Origin: Leucoraja erinacea
Taxonomy: Eukaryota
Reading direction: 5' to 3'
DNA: 64,000 nucleotides
Assembly: GCF_028641065.1 (NCBI RefSeq)
Contig: NC_073396.1
Span: 32,302,001-32,366,000, forward strand
The notes under the pieces were generated by a model. It was not told where the DNA came from. It worked only from the letters and a program-made list of their open reading frames with translations, and did no database searches. This document shows positions 36,701 through 51,700 of the stretch, in pieces. Numbering within the stretch: the stretch's first letter is position 1; each line of letters begins with the position of its first letter. A program made the translations under genes and the position numbers.

Positions 36701-39700
36701 GATAAAGATGTTCTTGGGGCTTGCACCTGTTAATGCTTTAATCATGGGTCACCATTTCAGATTATATGTGACAATGCTGTAGAGCTTTGATCTAATCATT
36801 TGGTTATGGGATCACTTCATTGTGTGCTTTATTTCACTGTTTGGCACGCGTAATGTCCAGAGTTACAACTTGGATTAGTTGGAACCTCGCTTTTAGCTAC
36901 GCAGGGTGCTGGTCCCAGCTGTGCCAGTCATCCAGTCATTGAAGTTGGGTAAAGATCTGATCAGATTTGTAATTGTCATATATACCAATGTGCAATGAAA
37001 TTCCTTGATCATCTGAAGCTCACAGAATAAACAGTATACCTACTGTAGTGATAAATACAACAATTAGCACAATGACGGATGCAAAAGAGCAGAATTGTGC
37101 AAAATAAAGTGTAATAGTGGAATAACTACAAGAGATAGAGTTATAGGAATACATGACAGCATCTCTGAAAAGTGGGTGTAAAATAGTTGATTGGTTCAGG
37201 AGTCCGACAGCATTGTGGAAGAAGCTGTTCTTATGAATTGATGTTCATCCTTTAATATTCCTGTATTTTCTCCCAGAAAGTAGAAGGGAGAAAAGGGAAA
37301 GGCCAAGGTGGTAGGCGTCCTTGATGATACTTTAGTCCAGCCTTCCAGATGAAACACTACATGAAGATGCACTGGATGGAAATAAGTGATAAACCTGTGA
37401 TGGACTGGCCTGTGATCACCACTCTGAAGAAGGATCTCAACCCGAAACGTCACCCATTCCTTCTTTCCAGAGATGCTGCCTGTCCTGCTGAGTTACCTTT
37501 GATTTAAACTAGCATCTGCAGTTCTTTCTTACACATCATCTCTCTCTCTGCAGTTTGAGGCAGTCAAGAGCAGAGCAGTTGCCATACCAGGCTGAGATAC
37601 GTAATATTAGAATATTTTCTGTTGCACATTCCTACAAGTTTGAGAGAATCCTCAAGGATATGCTGAATCTTCTCGGATGCCCAACAATTGAAAAATGTTG
37701 CTGTGTTTTCCTGATCACTGCATCATTGTTTAGGGACTATTTAGGTTCCTTGTGATAGGGATACTGAGAAATATGAAGCTGCACGGCAACTTTGTTGATG
37801 AGGACAAGGTTTTATTTGAGCCCTTGCTTTATGTCAATAACGTGCACTTTTGGTAACATTAAGGGCTAGGTTACTGACATGTTTGTAACCCGTTGATTGG
37901 TGCATAATTACAGAAGCCGTCCAGAGACTCCTTTCAGATAGTTCACTTTCCAGAGGTTTATTTACCCTTGTGAAAGCAGATCTGACAACTGCCAGTGAGA
38001 TGTATGGGTAGAGCAGTGGGGGATGGGGGGATGCACCTCAGTTGAATTTTGTTCAAATTGAGCGTAAAATACATTGAGCTCATCCAGTAGCAGTGCTTTG
38101 TTGCTGCAGACCCCCCCCCCCCCAGTTTCAGCTTGTTGCCCATGATTATATTCAGGCCCTGCTGCAGTTGCCTGGCATCTGCTGGATTGAATTTAAAACA
38201 AAACTAGCTATTTTGTTATGCATATTGATGCATTGAATGAGCGTTTGATTGTAGTCATAAGGTAAATATTCTAAAATCTCCTCTGGTTAAAACCATTTTA
38301 TTTATTGCCCCCTACAGTTGGTGTACTCGTGTTCTCCTTTCTTATTGTGCTGGGCTCGGCCACCTTTGCTTTGGGATCTCATTTCAAGGGGACCCGTTAC
38401 CTATTGCCTCTGATGCTCATCGGCCGACTTATTTTTGGCTCAAGCAACGGGTCACTCATGAGTAAGTATTAGTTCAACCTGTGGGGACCAGACTGTGAAG
38501 AAATGCCCAGAGGCTTTGTATTAATATTCTTCATTGTTTAAATCAGTCAATCACTCATCCAATGTTCACTATCCAAAATATTCCAACATTTTATTGTTTT
38601 TTTTTTAGTTAGTTAGCACCCTTCTTGATTAGTATGGGTGCCAGGAGTTCTGGGGGAGAAGGCAGGAGAATGGGGTTGAGAGCGTAAGATAGAGCAGCCA
38701 TGATTGAATGGCGGAGTAGACCTGACAGGCCGAATGGCCTAATTCTGCTCCTATGACATGAATTTGTTATAGGGCTGATGAAAATGTCCACACTTTCTTC
38801 TAAAGCAGACAGATCTAACAGTAGATTGAAACAACACCATTTCCCAGTTGTGTGTTCTATTTCCAAGAACACGTCACTCACATTCTGTTCTTTGTCTCTC
38901 CAAAATCTCAGTTGCTCAAGATCGAATCACTGCGTTCTGGTTCAAAAATAAGGAGCTGTCGTTGGCCTTTGGGCTGAAAATGGCCTTCTCCCGTTTTGGT
39001 AGTGTGCTCAACTTTCTATTAACCCGGTCCTTTGAGGCACACTTTGGGATTCAGTGGACACTTTGGGGAGGTAAGCATGAATTTGAGGAATTTGATGAAG
39101 GCACTGGAATTGAAAAATAGTCTTGCAAGTGAAATCAATCCCGTGCTGGACTATTATTGGAGAACATCAAAGTATTAAATACGGTGTCAAGATCTCAATT
39201 CATTCAAAGGGATTAATTGTATAATTAACTAAATTGCATTTTTCAGATAATGCTTACATCAATTAACCAATAACTTAAAAGTCAGAGCCAAATAGAAATT
39301 GGAAGTGCTAAACGTCACAGACTAATTTTGTGATTAATGATAACTGATAGCTGGTTTTGATATTGGTGCAAATCAGCCTATCCAGTCATTCCTCATTACA
39401 CAAGCCCTTCAGTCCTAGTATTATCCTTCTGAATCTTTACTGAACAGCGAGTTGAGTTGTGTTTCATAATCTTAAGGGGCACATGTCACCTGGTGCTTTA
39501 AAGTATGTGCCTTCTATTGCAAATTATTGAAATATCTCAACTTTAATTAAATATATTTATTGAATAATAAATGTGGCCCACCATCATAAATGTGGCCCAA
39601 ATCGTGTTCACGCTAGTTCTACGTTATCCCACTTTTGCATCTACTCCCTACATGCTTGGTGCAATTTATAGTGGGCAACCTAGAGGGTAAACTCCACACC

Positions 39701-42700
39701 GGCAGCACCCAAGGTCAGGATCGAACTTGGATTTCTGGTGCAGTGAGACAGACCAGCTGTGCCACTGTGTGGCCAATTTATTTAAAGATACATTTGGAAT
39801 AAAATGCCAAAATGACAACAAACCATCAGAATAAGGTAAAATCCATGTTTCTCTCAACAAGGGAAACAGATTGCTGGATATATAGAAAATACAACGTGCC
39901 CCCTTCTCAACAGTTTCCTATTATGGCTTCACCTCTCCCTACCCCTGTAATTTCCTCCAGAGTTATAACCTACCCATGACATGCCATGTTGCCTCAATCT
40001 CATTTTCGGTTACTTCCTGTTCTCTATCTCCTTTGCGTCCTTTTCATACCATTTTTAGACAGTATCTACAATAAAACTGATAATCTGCTGTACAACTGTT
40101 CTACAACCCTAATGCCTTGTCATCAGATGATGTTTGCTCTTTCCATTCACTGGGTTCCATGCTCCCTTTAAACACAGTTGGTTCACTGGGAAAAGTATGT
40201 AATACCGTGTATCATCCAAAATCATAATAGTTATTCAGTATGGAAACGGGTCCTTTGGCACAACTCATCTATGCCAACCAAATGAGCTTATCCATGTAGA
40301 AGCATAGAAAAATAGGTGCAGGTGTAGGCCATTCGGCCCTTCGAGCCATTCATTATGATCATGGCTGATCATCTAAAATCAGTATCCCGTTCCTGCTTTT
40401 TCCCCATATCCCTTGATTCCTTTAGCCCTAAGAGCTAAATCTAACTCTTGAAAACATCCAGTGAATTGGCCTCCATTGCCATCTGTGGCAGAGAATTCCA
40501 CAGATTCAAAATTCTCTGGGTGAAGAGGTATTTCCTCATCTCAGTCCTGATTGACCTACCCTTTATTCTTAAACTGTGACCCCCCCTAGTTCTGGACTCC
40601 TCCAACATCGGGAACATTTTTCCTGCACCTATTCTGTCCAATCCTTTAAGAAGTTTATATGTTTCTATCAGATCCCTTCTCATCCTTCTAAATTCCAGTG
40701 AATAAATGCCCAGTCGGCTCATTCTTTGATCATATGTCAGTCCCGCCATCCTGAGAATTAATCTGGTAAACCTTCGCTACACTCCCTCAATAAGCGAGTT
40801 CGGTATTCCGACTGCACAAGCCCAGGTCATAGGTCACAAGCGAAAAACAGTCTCGGCAACGATGGTGCTGCGTAGTGCGCATGCTTGCATTTCGTCCGTG
40901 GTCGGTGTCGGCTCTCCGTCGCTGCGGGTTCTGTTGAGTTGCTGGTGGGCCGTCCCCGTCCCCTCCCCGGTGTCCCGTCCCTGTCCGGAGATGCCTGCGG
41001 TGACCCTGGGCTGGCGGAGCGGCCCCGGACTTGCAGCCGGTGCTGCAGCCGCTGGCACCAGCTCGGGTCTCTCCTTGTCCTGCCGGGTTGGCCGGCAGCC
41101 CTCCTCCTCCACCCCGCCCCTCCCCTCAGTCCGACACCGAGATCCTGCTGAAGATGGGCAGCCGCCAATCCTGCTCGAAGAAGGGTGACTCGGAGCTGCT
41201 GCTGCTGGAGTCGTCCTTTTCGGAGAGAGAGTCTGTGGACAGGCACCTGCCGGGTGCCCGCTGGAGCTGCTGGTGCTGTTGGTGGTGCTAGTGGCAGCAG
41301 CTCCAGCACAGGGCCGGTCCAGTGATGGCAAGCACCGCCGGGGTCCGTATATGCGCGGCTGCTGAGTTACTGAGTATGTTTATCGTGAGTGACCTATGAC
41401 CTGGGTATGCGCAGTCGGAATACCGAACTCGCTTATAGCAATAATGTCCTTCCTCAAATTAGGAGACCAGAATTGCATACAATGCTCCAGGTGCTGTCTC
41501 ATCAGGGCCCTGTACAACTGCAGTAGGACCTCCTTGCTCTTAAACTCAAATCGCTTTGCAATGAATGCCAACATGCCATTAGCTTTATCCACTGCCTGCT
41601 GTACCTGCATGCTTACGTTCAGTAACTGATGTACAAGCACACCCAGGTCTCATTGCACCTCCCCTTTTCCAAATCTGTCACCATTCAGATAATAATATGC
41701 CTTGTTCTTGCCACCAAAGTGGATAACCTCACATTTATCCACATTATACTGCATCTGCCCACTCACCAAACCTATCCAAGTCATCCTGTAGCCTCATAGC
41801 ATCCTCATCACAGATCACACTGCCACTCAGCTTTGTTTCATCCACAAACTTGGAGACGTCACATTCTTCATCTAAATTGTTAATATATATTGTAAATAAC
41901 TGGGGTCCCAGCACCGAGCCTTACGGCACCCCACTAGTCACTGCCTGCCATTGTGTAAAGGAGCCGTTAATTCCCACTCTTTGCTACCTGTCTGCCAACC
42001 AGTTCTCCATCCATGTCAAAATCCTACCCCCAATACCATGTGCTCTAATTTTGCACACTAAACTCTTGTGTGGGACCTTGTCAAAGGTTTTTTTGAAAGT
42101 CCAGATACACCACATCCACTGGCTCTCCCTTATCCATTCTACTTGTTCCACCTCAAAAAATTACTGAAGATTAGTCAAGCATGATTTTCCCTTCATAAAT
42201 CCATGGTGACTTTGACTGATCCTGTCATGCTTTCCAAATGCACTGCTATAATTCCCCATTTTCTCTCTCCCTCCTTTCTTAAAAATTGGCTACCCTCCAG
42301 TCCACAGGAACTGATCCAGTTGAGAGAACATTGGAACATGATCACCAATGCATCCATGATTTCTAGGGCCACCTCCTTGAGTACTCTGGGGTGCAGACCA
42401 TCAGGCCCTGGGAATGTATCTGCCTTCAGTCCCAACAGTTTAACAAATACCATTTCCTGACTAATGTGGATTCCCTTTCAGTTCCTCCCTCCCACTAGAT
42501 CCTCGGTCCCCTAGTATTTCTTGGAGATTGTTTGTGTCTTCCGTAGTGAAGACAGAACCAAAGTACTCCGTTAACTGTTCTGCCATTTCTTTGTTTCCCA
42601 TTCTAAATTCACTTGTCTCTGATTGTAAGGGACCTGCATTTGTCTTCACTAATCTTTTCCTTTTTACATATCTAAAGACGCTTTTAGTCAGTTTTTATAT

Positions 42701-45700
42701 TCCGTGCAAGCTTTTTCTTGCATGCTCCCCCCCCCCCCCCCCCCCTTCCCTCTTAATTAACCCCTTTGTCCTCCTCTGTTGAGTTCTAAAATTCTCCCAG
42801 TCTGGTTTACTGCTTCCTCTGGCCAATTTATATGCCTTTTCCTGGGATTTAACACTATCCTTGATACCCCTCGTAAGCCACGGTTGTGCCTCCTTCCCTG
42901 TTTAATTTTTTCGCCAGACAGGGATGAACAATTTTTGGAGTTGATCCATTTGGTCTTTAAATCTTTGCCATTGCTTTTCCACCGTCAACCCTTTAAGTAT
43001 AATTTGCCAGTCTATCCTAGCCAATTGCCGTCTCATTCCTTCAAAGTCTCCTTTCTTCAAGTTCAGGACCCTAGTCTCTGAATTAACAATGTCACTCTCC
43101 ATCTTAATGCAGAATTCCACCATATTATGGTCACTGTTGCCCAAGGGGCTTTGCACAACAAGATCGCTAACTAATCCTTCCCCATTACACAATACCCAGT
43201 CTAGGATGGCCGGTCCTCCAGTCGGTTCTTCTACATATTGGTTTAAAAAAACCATCCCGTATACATTCCAGGAAATTCTCCTCCTCAGCTACCAATTTAG
43301 GTGGCCCAGTCTATATGTAGATTAAGGTCACCCATGATAACCGCTGTACCTTTGCTACACGCATCCCTAATTTCGTGTTTGATGTTATCCCCAACCTCCC
43401 TACTGCTGTTTGGTGGTCTGTATACCACTCCAACAAGCGTTTTATGCCCTTGGCTATTTTGCAGTTCTATCCATACCAATTCTACAGCATCCAAGCTAAT
43501 GTCTCTCCTTGCTACTGCATTAAGCTCCTCTTTAACCAGCAATGCCAACCCACCTCCTCTTCCTTTCTGTCTATCCTTCCTGAATATCGAATACCCCTGC
43601 ATGTTTAGCTCCCAGCCTTGGTCACCCTGGAGCCATGTCTCTGTAATTCCAACTATATCATATTCCTTAGCTACTAACTGCACATTCAATTCATCCACCT
43701 TATTACGAATGCTCCTCGCATTAAGGCACAAAGCTTTCAGGTTAGTTTTTCTTATCTCCCTTTTACCTTTTGCTTCTGTCCTCCTTTTATGTCCCTCTGT
43801 CTCCTTGCATTGGTTCCCATCCCCCTGCCCAGTTAGTTTAAACGTGACCTTTTCCTACACTCTCCCGTTAACTGCATGCAGACTCTTCCACGTTGTTGAC
43901 CCCACCCGCCACTGTTTAGTTTAAACCCACACATGTAGCACTAGCAAACCTGCCTGCCAGAATGTCGGTGCGCTCCAATTACGGTACAACCCGTCCCTTT
44001 TGTACAGGTTACCCCTGCCCCAGTCGAGATCCCAGTGATCTAGAAATCTGAATCCCTGCAGCCTGCACCAACTCCTCAGCCACACATTCAGATATCCTAT
44101 CTCCCTGCTCCTACCCCCACTAGCACGAGGTACTGGAAGCAACCCAGAGATAACCACGATAGAAGTCCTGCTTTTCTGCCTCCTACCTAGTGCTGTATAC
44201 TCGCGTTGCAGAACCTCCTTCCTCTTGTTACCCACGTCATTTGTGCCTCCATGCACAACTACTACCGGCTGTTCACCTTCCTTCTCGAGGATGAGAGGGA
44301 AGACGGTCTGAGACATCTAGGACCCTGGCACCAGGGAGGCAACACATCTTCCTCGAGTCTCACCTGTCACCACAGAATCTCCTGTCCGCACCTCTGATAA
44401 TGGAGTCACCCACTACTATGGCTCTGCCTGACGTTGGTCTTGCTGGTTGAGCCTCAGCGCCAGGATTCGAGTCGCAGACCTATCTGCCGCTCAGTGGACT
44501 GGAAGCGTCGTCTGCCCCAACAGCTCCCAAGAGGGTGTACCTGTTTTCAAGAGGTACTTCCACCGAGGTCTCCTAAACTAATTTCATCCCCTTCCTTTCC
44601 ATCTCTAACATGTCACACCTCCTGCACTCTGTGGAGTGACGACCTGACTGTATGTAGGTCCTGTCCAGCTTTTGTCTTCCCAGATGGACCGCAGGTCATC
44701 CAGCAGCTGCTCCAGTTCTTTAACTCAGACCTTGAGGAGCTGCACCTGGACCCAGTTCCTAAAGGTGTAGTGGTCAGTGACACCAGCAGTGTCCCTGACT
44801 TCCCACATCCTGCAGCAAACGCACTGCTGTAATATTCCTGCCATCACGTCAATAAGTTAAAAAAAATTAAATTTAATTTAACACACAACTAATTAAATGT
44901 AAGGTACACAAAATTGCTGGAGAAACTCAGCGGGTGCAGCAGCATCTATGGAGCGAAGGAAATAGGCAACGTTTCGGGCCGAAACGTTGCCTATTTCCTT
45001 CGCTCCATAGATGCTGCTGCACCCGCTGAGTTTCTCCAGCAATTTTGTGTACCTTCGATTTTCCAGCATCTGCAGTTCCTTCTTGAACACTGATTAAATG
45101 TAGCCTCCTCGCTGAAGGCTCTTGAGCCAAAGACTACACTTTACCTCTCCAAGGCTCGCCACTCCCAACAAGCTAACCTGCACTTAATTTTATCTAACCA
45201 AGACAACTATCCACTCAACTAATTAGGATGTCTCAGTTAATCCACTCCCTCGCTGGTCTGGCTGCTGCTCCTCTGTGACCTTCACCTGAAATTTGCCTAC
45301 ATTTGATCCATATTTGCCTGCATCTAAACATTCCTTTCCACGTATCTGCCTAAATGTCTTTTAAACTTCACTTCCTCTGCAGTCCGTTCCATATAGTCAT
45401 CACCCTCTGTTACCCTACTTGTCCCCTGGAAACCTTTCACCTTGAATCTATGCCCTCTCATTTCGGACTCCACAACCTAGGAAAACGACTGTGATCATTC
45501 ACCAACCTATACAGTCACTACTCATAACTGAAGCCCTTCCGTCCCTGTAATATCCTTCTGAATCTTTCTTGTACCTTTTCCACCGTAATGACATCCTTTC
45601 TACACCAAGGTAACCAGAAGTGCACACAATACTCAAAGTATGGACTTGCCATTTCCACAGATGTATCATGACCTCCCAACTCTTGTACTCAGCGCCCTGA

Positions 45701-48700
45701 CCGATGAAGGGAAACATATCAGATGTTTTCTTTAGCACCCTGTCCAACTGTGTCGCTACTTTTGGAGAACTCTGTACTTGAACCCCTAAGTCTTTCTATT
45801 TTACTAATTTATTGTGTAAATTCTATGCTGGTTTGCCAAAGGGCAACACTTTGCATTTGACATTAAATTCTATGTTGACCCAAAGAAAGTGAATTAAAAA
45901 TGAGTAACATGCAAATTTAATATGAATTAAATGTGAATAACCTTAGCACCAGATTATTGTGGTTTTGCTGTAATGGACACACATTTGAAACTTCAAACGG
46001 CGGAGATAGAGTGGATAGAAGGAACTGTTTCCACTAACCGAGAGGTCAATAATTAGAAAGGCCATATTTAAGAACATTCTAGAGAATTAGAGAACAACTG
46101 AGAATCTATTCATGCAGAGGTCGGGAACTTGATCAAAGGGTTTTGAAGGCCACAACTTGCATCACGTTGGAAATGTAACAAAGGAGGGCTAGATGTAGAC
46201 AATTTCAAAAACTGGGAACTGTCAACAGTTTTTTGGGCTGGAATTGATTGGTAAAATAGCCTGCAGATGTGCCAAATAATTCTGATTTACCTCTAATCTT
46301 GGGAAAAGTAATTTCTTGGACCATTTTTGACATTGCTTTGAAGAACGTTTTATTGCATGTTCCATCCATCTGTGCCATGTGACAAGAAGCCGCACTTGGA
46401 TGCAGAAGTTCTGTCACAGGTGGGACCATGTGATATTCCCGTTTGTTGCAGCGTATTCTTTGCCAGTCATGTAGGCTCTCCTGTGGTTCATTTTCTCAGG
46501 AACCTTGCTGTGTGTTCTGAGCTTTGTGTCGGCCATCATTATTGGCATCCTGGATGGGAATGGAGCAAAACAGTTGGGACTAGATGGAGTCCTTCAGCAG
46601 GAATCCAAGAAAGTGGTAGGTGGATTCATGGACATAAACTATTGCTTTTGGGTTCAGAATTGATTATCTGATTATCAGTCGTTATGCAGAGTAATCCTTG
46701 GTCTTTGAAGTAGATTTCTGGCAGCTGGGATCCATAAGATCAGTTTGCTTTACTTTCACTGAGTCGGATCTAACTCCACCTCCCCAACTCCCCAATTCCA
46801 CAATATCTTCTCTGACTTTTCTGTTCTTTTTCCCCCAAAGAGGCTGCAGGATATTCGCCACTTGTCTCTCCGCTACTGGTTGCTTGTTCTCACCATCATG
46901 TTCTTCTATAATGGAATTTTTCCATTTATTGCAGATGCCAGGTAAGCAGAGTTCATGATATTAGTTCTCTAAGGTTCTTATTACCATATTCCTAATGGTC
47001 CTATATGACTGATTATGTGTAGGGTCTGGTTTAAACTGAAGATAGACACACAAAACTGGAGTAACTCAGCGGGTCAGACACCATCTCTGGAGAAAAGGAA
47101 TAGGTGATGTTTCGGGTCGCGTCCCTTCTTCAGACTGAGAGTCAAGGGAAAGGAGAATGAGAGATATAGATGGCACATAGAACAAAGAAAAGAAAGATAT
47201 GCAAAAAGCAACGTTGATCAAGGATAGGTGGAGCCCACAATGGTCCATTGCTGGCTGTGGGGGTGGTGATAACAAGTTATACAGACAGTGACAGTGAAAC
47301 TAGTATGACGACGAGGGTGGGGGAGGGACACACAGAGAGAGGGGATGTAAGGGTTACTTGAAGTTAGAGAAATCAATATTCATACTGCTGGGTTGTAAGC
47401 TGCACATGCAAAATATGAGGTGCTGTTCATACAATTTGCACTGGCCCTCACTCTGACAATGGAGGAGGCCCAGGACAGAAAGGTCAATATGGGAATGGGA
47501 GTTAAAGTCTTTGGCAGGAGTTCAGCGACCCAAAACGTCACCCATTCCTTTTCTCCAGAGATGCTGCCAGTCCTGCTGAGTTACTTTAGCTCTTTGTGTC
47601 TATCTTAGCATTGATAGATTGTTTGACTGGCGTTATATGAACAGAAAGTAATGTAGGCATAAATAAGCTCTAAGAAATATTGTTCTAATGGTGTGATCGT
47701 GTTATTTAGGTCACAATTGAAGTCTGCTAGTTTATATAGTAATTATCATGGCCTGTTGTTATAGTTTTAAGCGTTGGTTAGTTGTATGGAACACTTCTAC
47801 AGGGTTATTAATAAAATTATAAAATAGGAAAATCAAATACTAGTTGCCATTACATGTAATGAAGGCATTTATTTTTCAGCAAGTTTATACAGGATAAGTA
47901 TCCGGGCTACAGTCAGCAAGAAGCCTCGTACATCACTGGTGCTGTGTTCGATACCTCGTTGATTCTGTTGCCCATAGCTGGAATCCTCATTGTGAGTATT
48001 GTGTCATTTGCTTTAACTGCAGGGTAGTGTGTGATCACTGGGAATATCAGGTATCCTTGTAGTGGATATTATGTGGCATTGAGCTCACGGTGAACCTTAA
48101 AGAATGCACAAAATTGAGTCTTTTTAATCACTTTTATATACTGGAGGATAGCAGGGAGGTTTGAGTCACATTCCAACACAAATTCCCCCTGAAGAAGGGT
48201 CCCAACCCGAAACGTCACCTATCCGTTTTCTCCAGAGATGCTGTCTGACCCGCTGAGTTACTCCAGCATTTTGTTTCTATTCCCTCATCATGTTGCCTAT
48301 TCTCTCATAATTTCTCTGCTTCAATCTACATCTTTGACAACCGTTTTAATGTGGTCTCCTCCAATTCTGAAATGAGAAAATAAAAATCTCCAGGTTGTGT
48401 AGAATCCATGTTTGAGCTTGCAGCTCTTCTATTTTTCTCAACCACCTGCTTCTTCTGCCTTATCCTTGTCCCATCTTTCCTTTGTGCCTGGTCTGACCCT
48501 CTCCAGCCTTTCTTCATTGCTGCCATGAGTACAATGTATGAAAACTAGAACAACTCTACCACGCAGCTGGTGACATCATTCAGATCTGGCTGTGTAGCAG
48601 CCTAGCCCATGTGACATACGTGAGTCATATGCTTTCATGGAGGGAAGAAGCAGTAATAAAAATATAAAATAAATTGTATTGTAAAGACAAAAATTAAGTC

Positions 48701-51700
48701 TGGAAACAAAGCATACTTTCAAAGAATAATTTGCCAATCTAAAACCAAATAGAATGAAAGATCTCCCTCGGATGGTCACGTCGCACAGACACATCTGCAC
48801 TTTAGCCTGTTGAACTGTTTTGACTGTTTTACTGTTCTTTTTACAATCCATGTTCTCGGGATATCTTAATCCAAATTTTATTAGTTATTAATGTTATGAC
48901 ATTGGACGGAAGTTGCATACCAAATCTCGTTACGCTTATGTGCAATGACAATAAAATATATTATTATTTTTATTAGATTTAGGAATTCATTGAATGGTTT
49001 GTCAGGCTGACGGAACCAGGTCACCACCCATCACAATTTCTTTAATGATGTATTTACAAATTAATCCTTTCATTGTTCCTGTAATCTTATTTCAGGATCA
49101 TGTAGGATTGAGAGGAGTATTTGTCACAACGTGTGCTGTGTTGACAGTCCCGGTTTTTGCACTCTTGGCGTTTACCTTTGTACCACCACTGGTTTCTATG
49201 ATATGGCTGGGAGTCACCTACTCGTTTGCTGCGGTAAGGGGAACATTTTATTTTCTCTCAGCTTTAAGTAACTGCCATCACTTATGCATCCATTATAAAA
49301 GGATTCTGAGTTGTTTCCAAAATACACTTTCAAAGAATTCTGGTAGTTTGTGAAGTAAACTCATGCTCGAATCCTGCAATAATATTGCGGTGAATCCGGG
49401 GAATAATTCTCTGATTTTGGTACTTTATTGTTCGCTTTATAGGTAAACTCTGCTTATTTCCACAGGCAGCTCTGTGGCCATCAATCGTCTTAATCGTTCC
49501 TCTGGCAAATCTTGGAACAGCTTCAGGAGTCACAACCTCAGTGCAAATGATTGGTGTTGGTGTTTGCAACCTGATAGTTGGACAGATCCTTGGAAGCAAA
49601 TTCAGGTGAGGTGTTTTGTTTAGTAGTGGTCACTGTAAAGAAAGGTATATTAATGTAAATATAATGCTCTTATATTCTTTTATCTTGATTGCTGTATTAA
49701 TTATCTTGTCTTACTTGATCCACTAACTCTACAGACTGAGAACCTTATCTTTACTGACAGATGCAATGTACACACTACTGGTGATAATGAAAATGCTGTA
49801 TATTCAAGATAGGCACAGGTTGTTCGATACATCTAGATGTAATTATGTGACACAGAGCATAAAAGGAAAACAACCTATGTGACAGAATGCTGAACTGTAA
49901 CTGATAAAGAGAAACAAGTAGAAATGATATGTACCACAATGCACAGCTACCACAAGTAGAGATCAGTCCTGAACTAACTACCTCTTTGATGACCCTCAGA
50001 CTTTCTTTGATTGAACTATACTGGCTTTACTTTCTTCTAAAAGTTACTCCATTACGTATCTGCACACTGAATGACTTGATTGTAATCACGTAATGTCTTT
50101 CCGCGGACTAGTTAACACGCAAAAAATGCTTTTCACTGTGCACGTGACAATAAATAAAATAAATTGAATGCAGCAATTGAATTAGATTTAAAATATATCA
50201 AAACCTACTGTAGATCTCAAATGCGAATGCAGAATATTGACACCCAGTGTTAGGGTGCAATGACCAGTTAAGCATTAAAGCTCCACAATTTGCACATGGT
50301 GAATATCTTTTTGTTGAAGCAAGAAAAAGTCATTGAGCCCGTGAATGTACTTGAAAAATCAATTAGATTATGACCATTCTATTAAAATCACTAGTCACAT
50401 TCGTCACCAAGAAATGTCCTGAAGGAACATTTAAATTTTGTTTTTCAATGAAATAAGTGATCTAGAGTGTCTCCACCATGATCTTTAAGCAGTTAGTTCC
50501 ATCATAGGGAAGAAAGGGAATTCCATTACATTCGACTGTTTTTGTACTTCACACGTATTGTGTTGACTCTATGTTCTCTGCCACTTGAGAAATCTCACCT
50601 GCATTATCTAAGGTCAGATTTATTTTAGTAAAGCAACCTTTCTTGCAGCCTTGAGTCCTCTATTCCATACAGGTCTGTCATTTCTTCTGGCACAATTGCA
50701 TGACATTTATACCCATTGACTTTTTAGTTCTATCCTGGCAACATACCTCACCAGCCTCCTGTTTATCTTGTTAAATTTATACCACCTGAAAAGGATGATT
50801 TTGCACTGTTGGCAGGACTTGTGGTGTTACTCTTGGCCAAATTGGAGAGGCTAGGACACTAAAGCTGAGGAAAGGCTTCTGGGCTGCTAGGCCATTTGGT
50901 CAATTTAAAAGTGCTTTCTGTAGAAATGGGACAAGCTGCAGAATAGTGCCAGTTTGTCTAGAGCCTAGATAAGTACTGCAGGAAGAGATGGGAACATCTG
51001 CAGACTCTGACAATTAGGTGCAAAATGCATAGAATGGATTGGCAAACCAGACATACACATGGTAAATAATGTTACAAAGCTTTACTTTGCTGGATGTTGA
51101 TTGGATTAAGTATTGAGCCTTGTCTGGTTTTCTTGCATATCATATGTTGCGATGTTCGTTTCCTCTGAGAAACACTGTTTGAATACAATGTATTATCCAC
51201 TATATTGGGTTAGGGAAATGTCTGTCATGTATGGGGTTAATTGATATTTGGTATTGGACTGTAAAGAAACCACCCCCATGTGGTTCGGCCGCTCGAGGTC
51301 TGGGGACTTATAAACGTTCGCTCCCACGAGGTCCTGTGTCGATCTTCTGGGAGAGCGCTTAGGACTGCGTGACCTTCTGGAGTGTCTCTGTTTGAGCGAG
51401 ACCAAGAGGGCTTGATCAGGCAGATACGAGGATCAACCCGCGGTGGTTAGGTACAGTAGTGGGAACCGTAATTGTGTTTTGTCAAAATAAAGTTTAGATG
51501 CGCAAGTGCTTGACTCAGTGATTTTTTACTGGAACTAGACTGGGGGGAAGCTTAGAACGAGCAATTTACAGTGGCAACATGCCTCTTTTGCCAGTCTAAG
51601 CAAATGGAATAAACTTCACAAACGTTTGTACCTTTTGCAATAAGAGGTATTGCTTGCTGGTCTGGTTCTATTTCCTGGTTCAGCTTCATTACCACAGTGT

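Noticed and set aside
40827-41331. Overlapping ORFs on both strands
   Set aside because: Explained by stop-codon scarcity in the GC-rich MITE interior.
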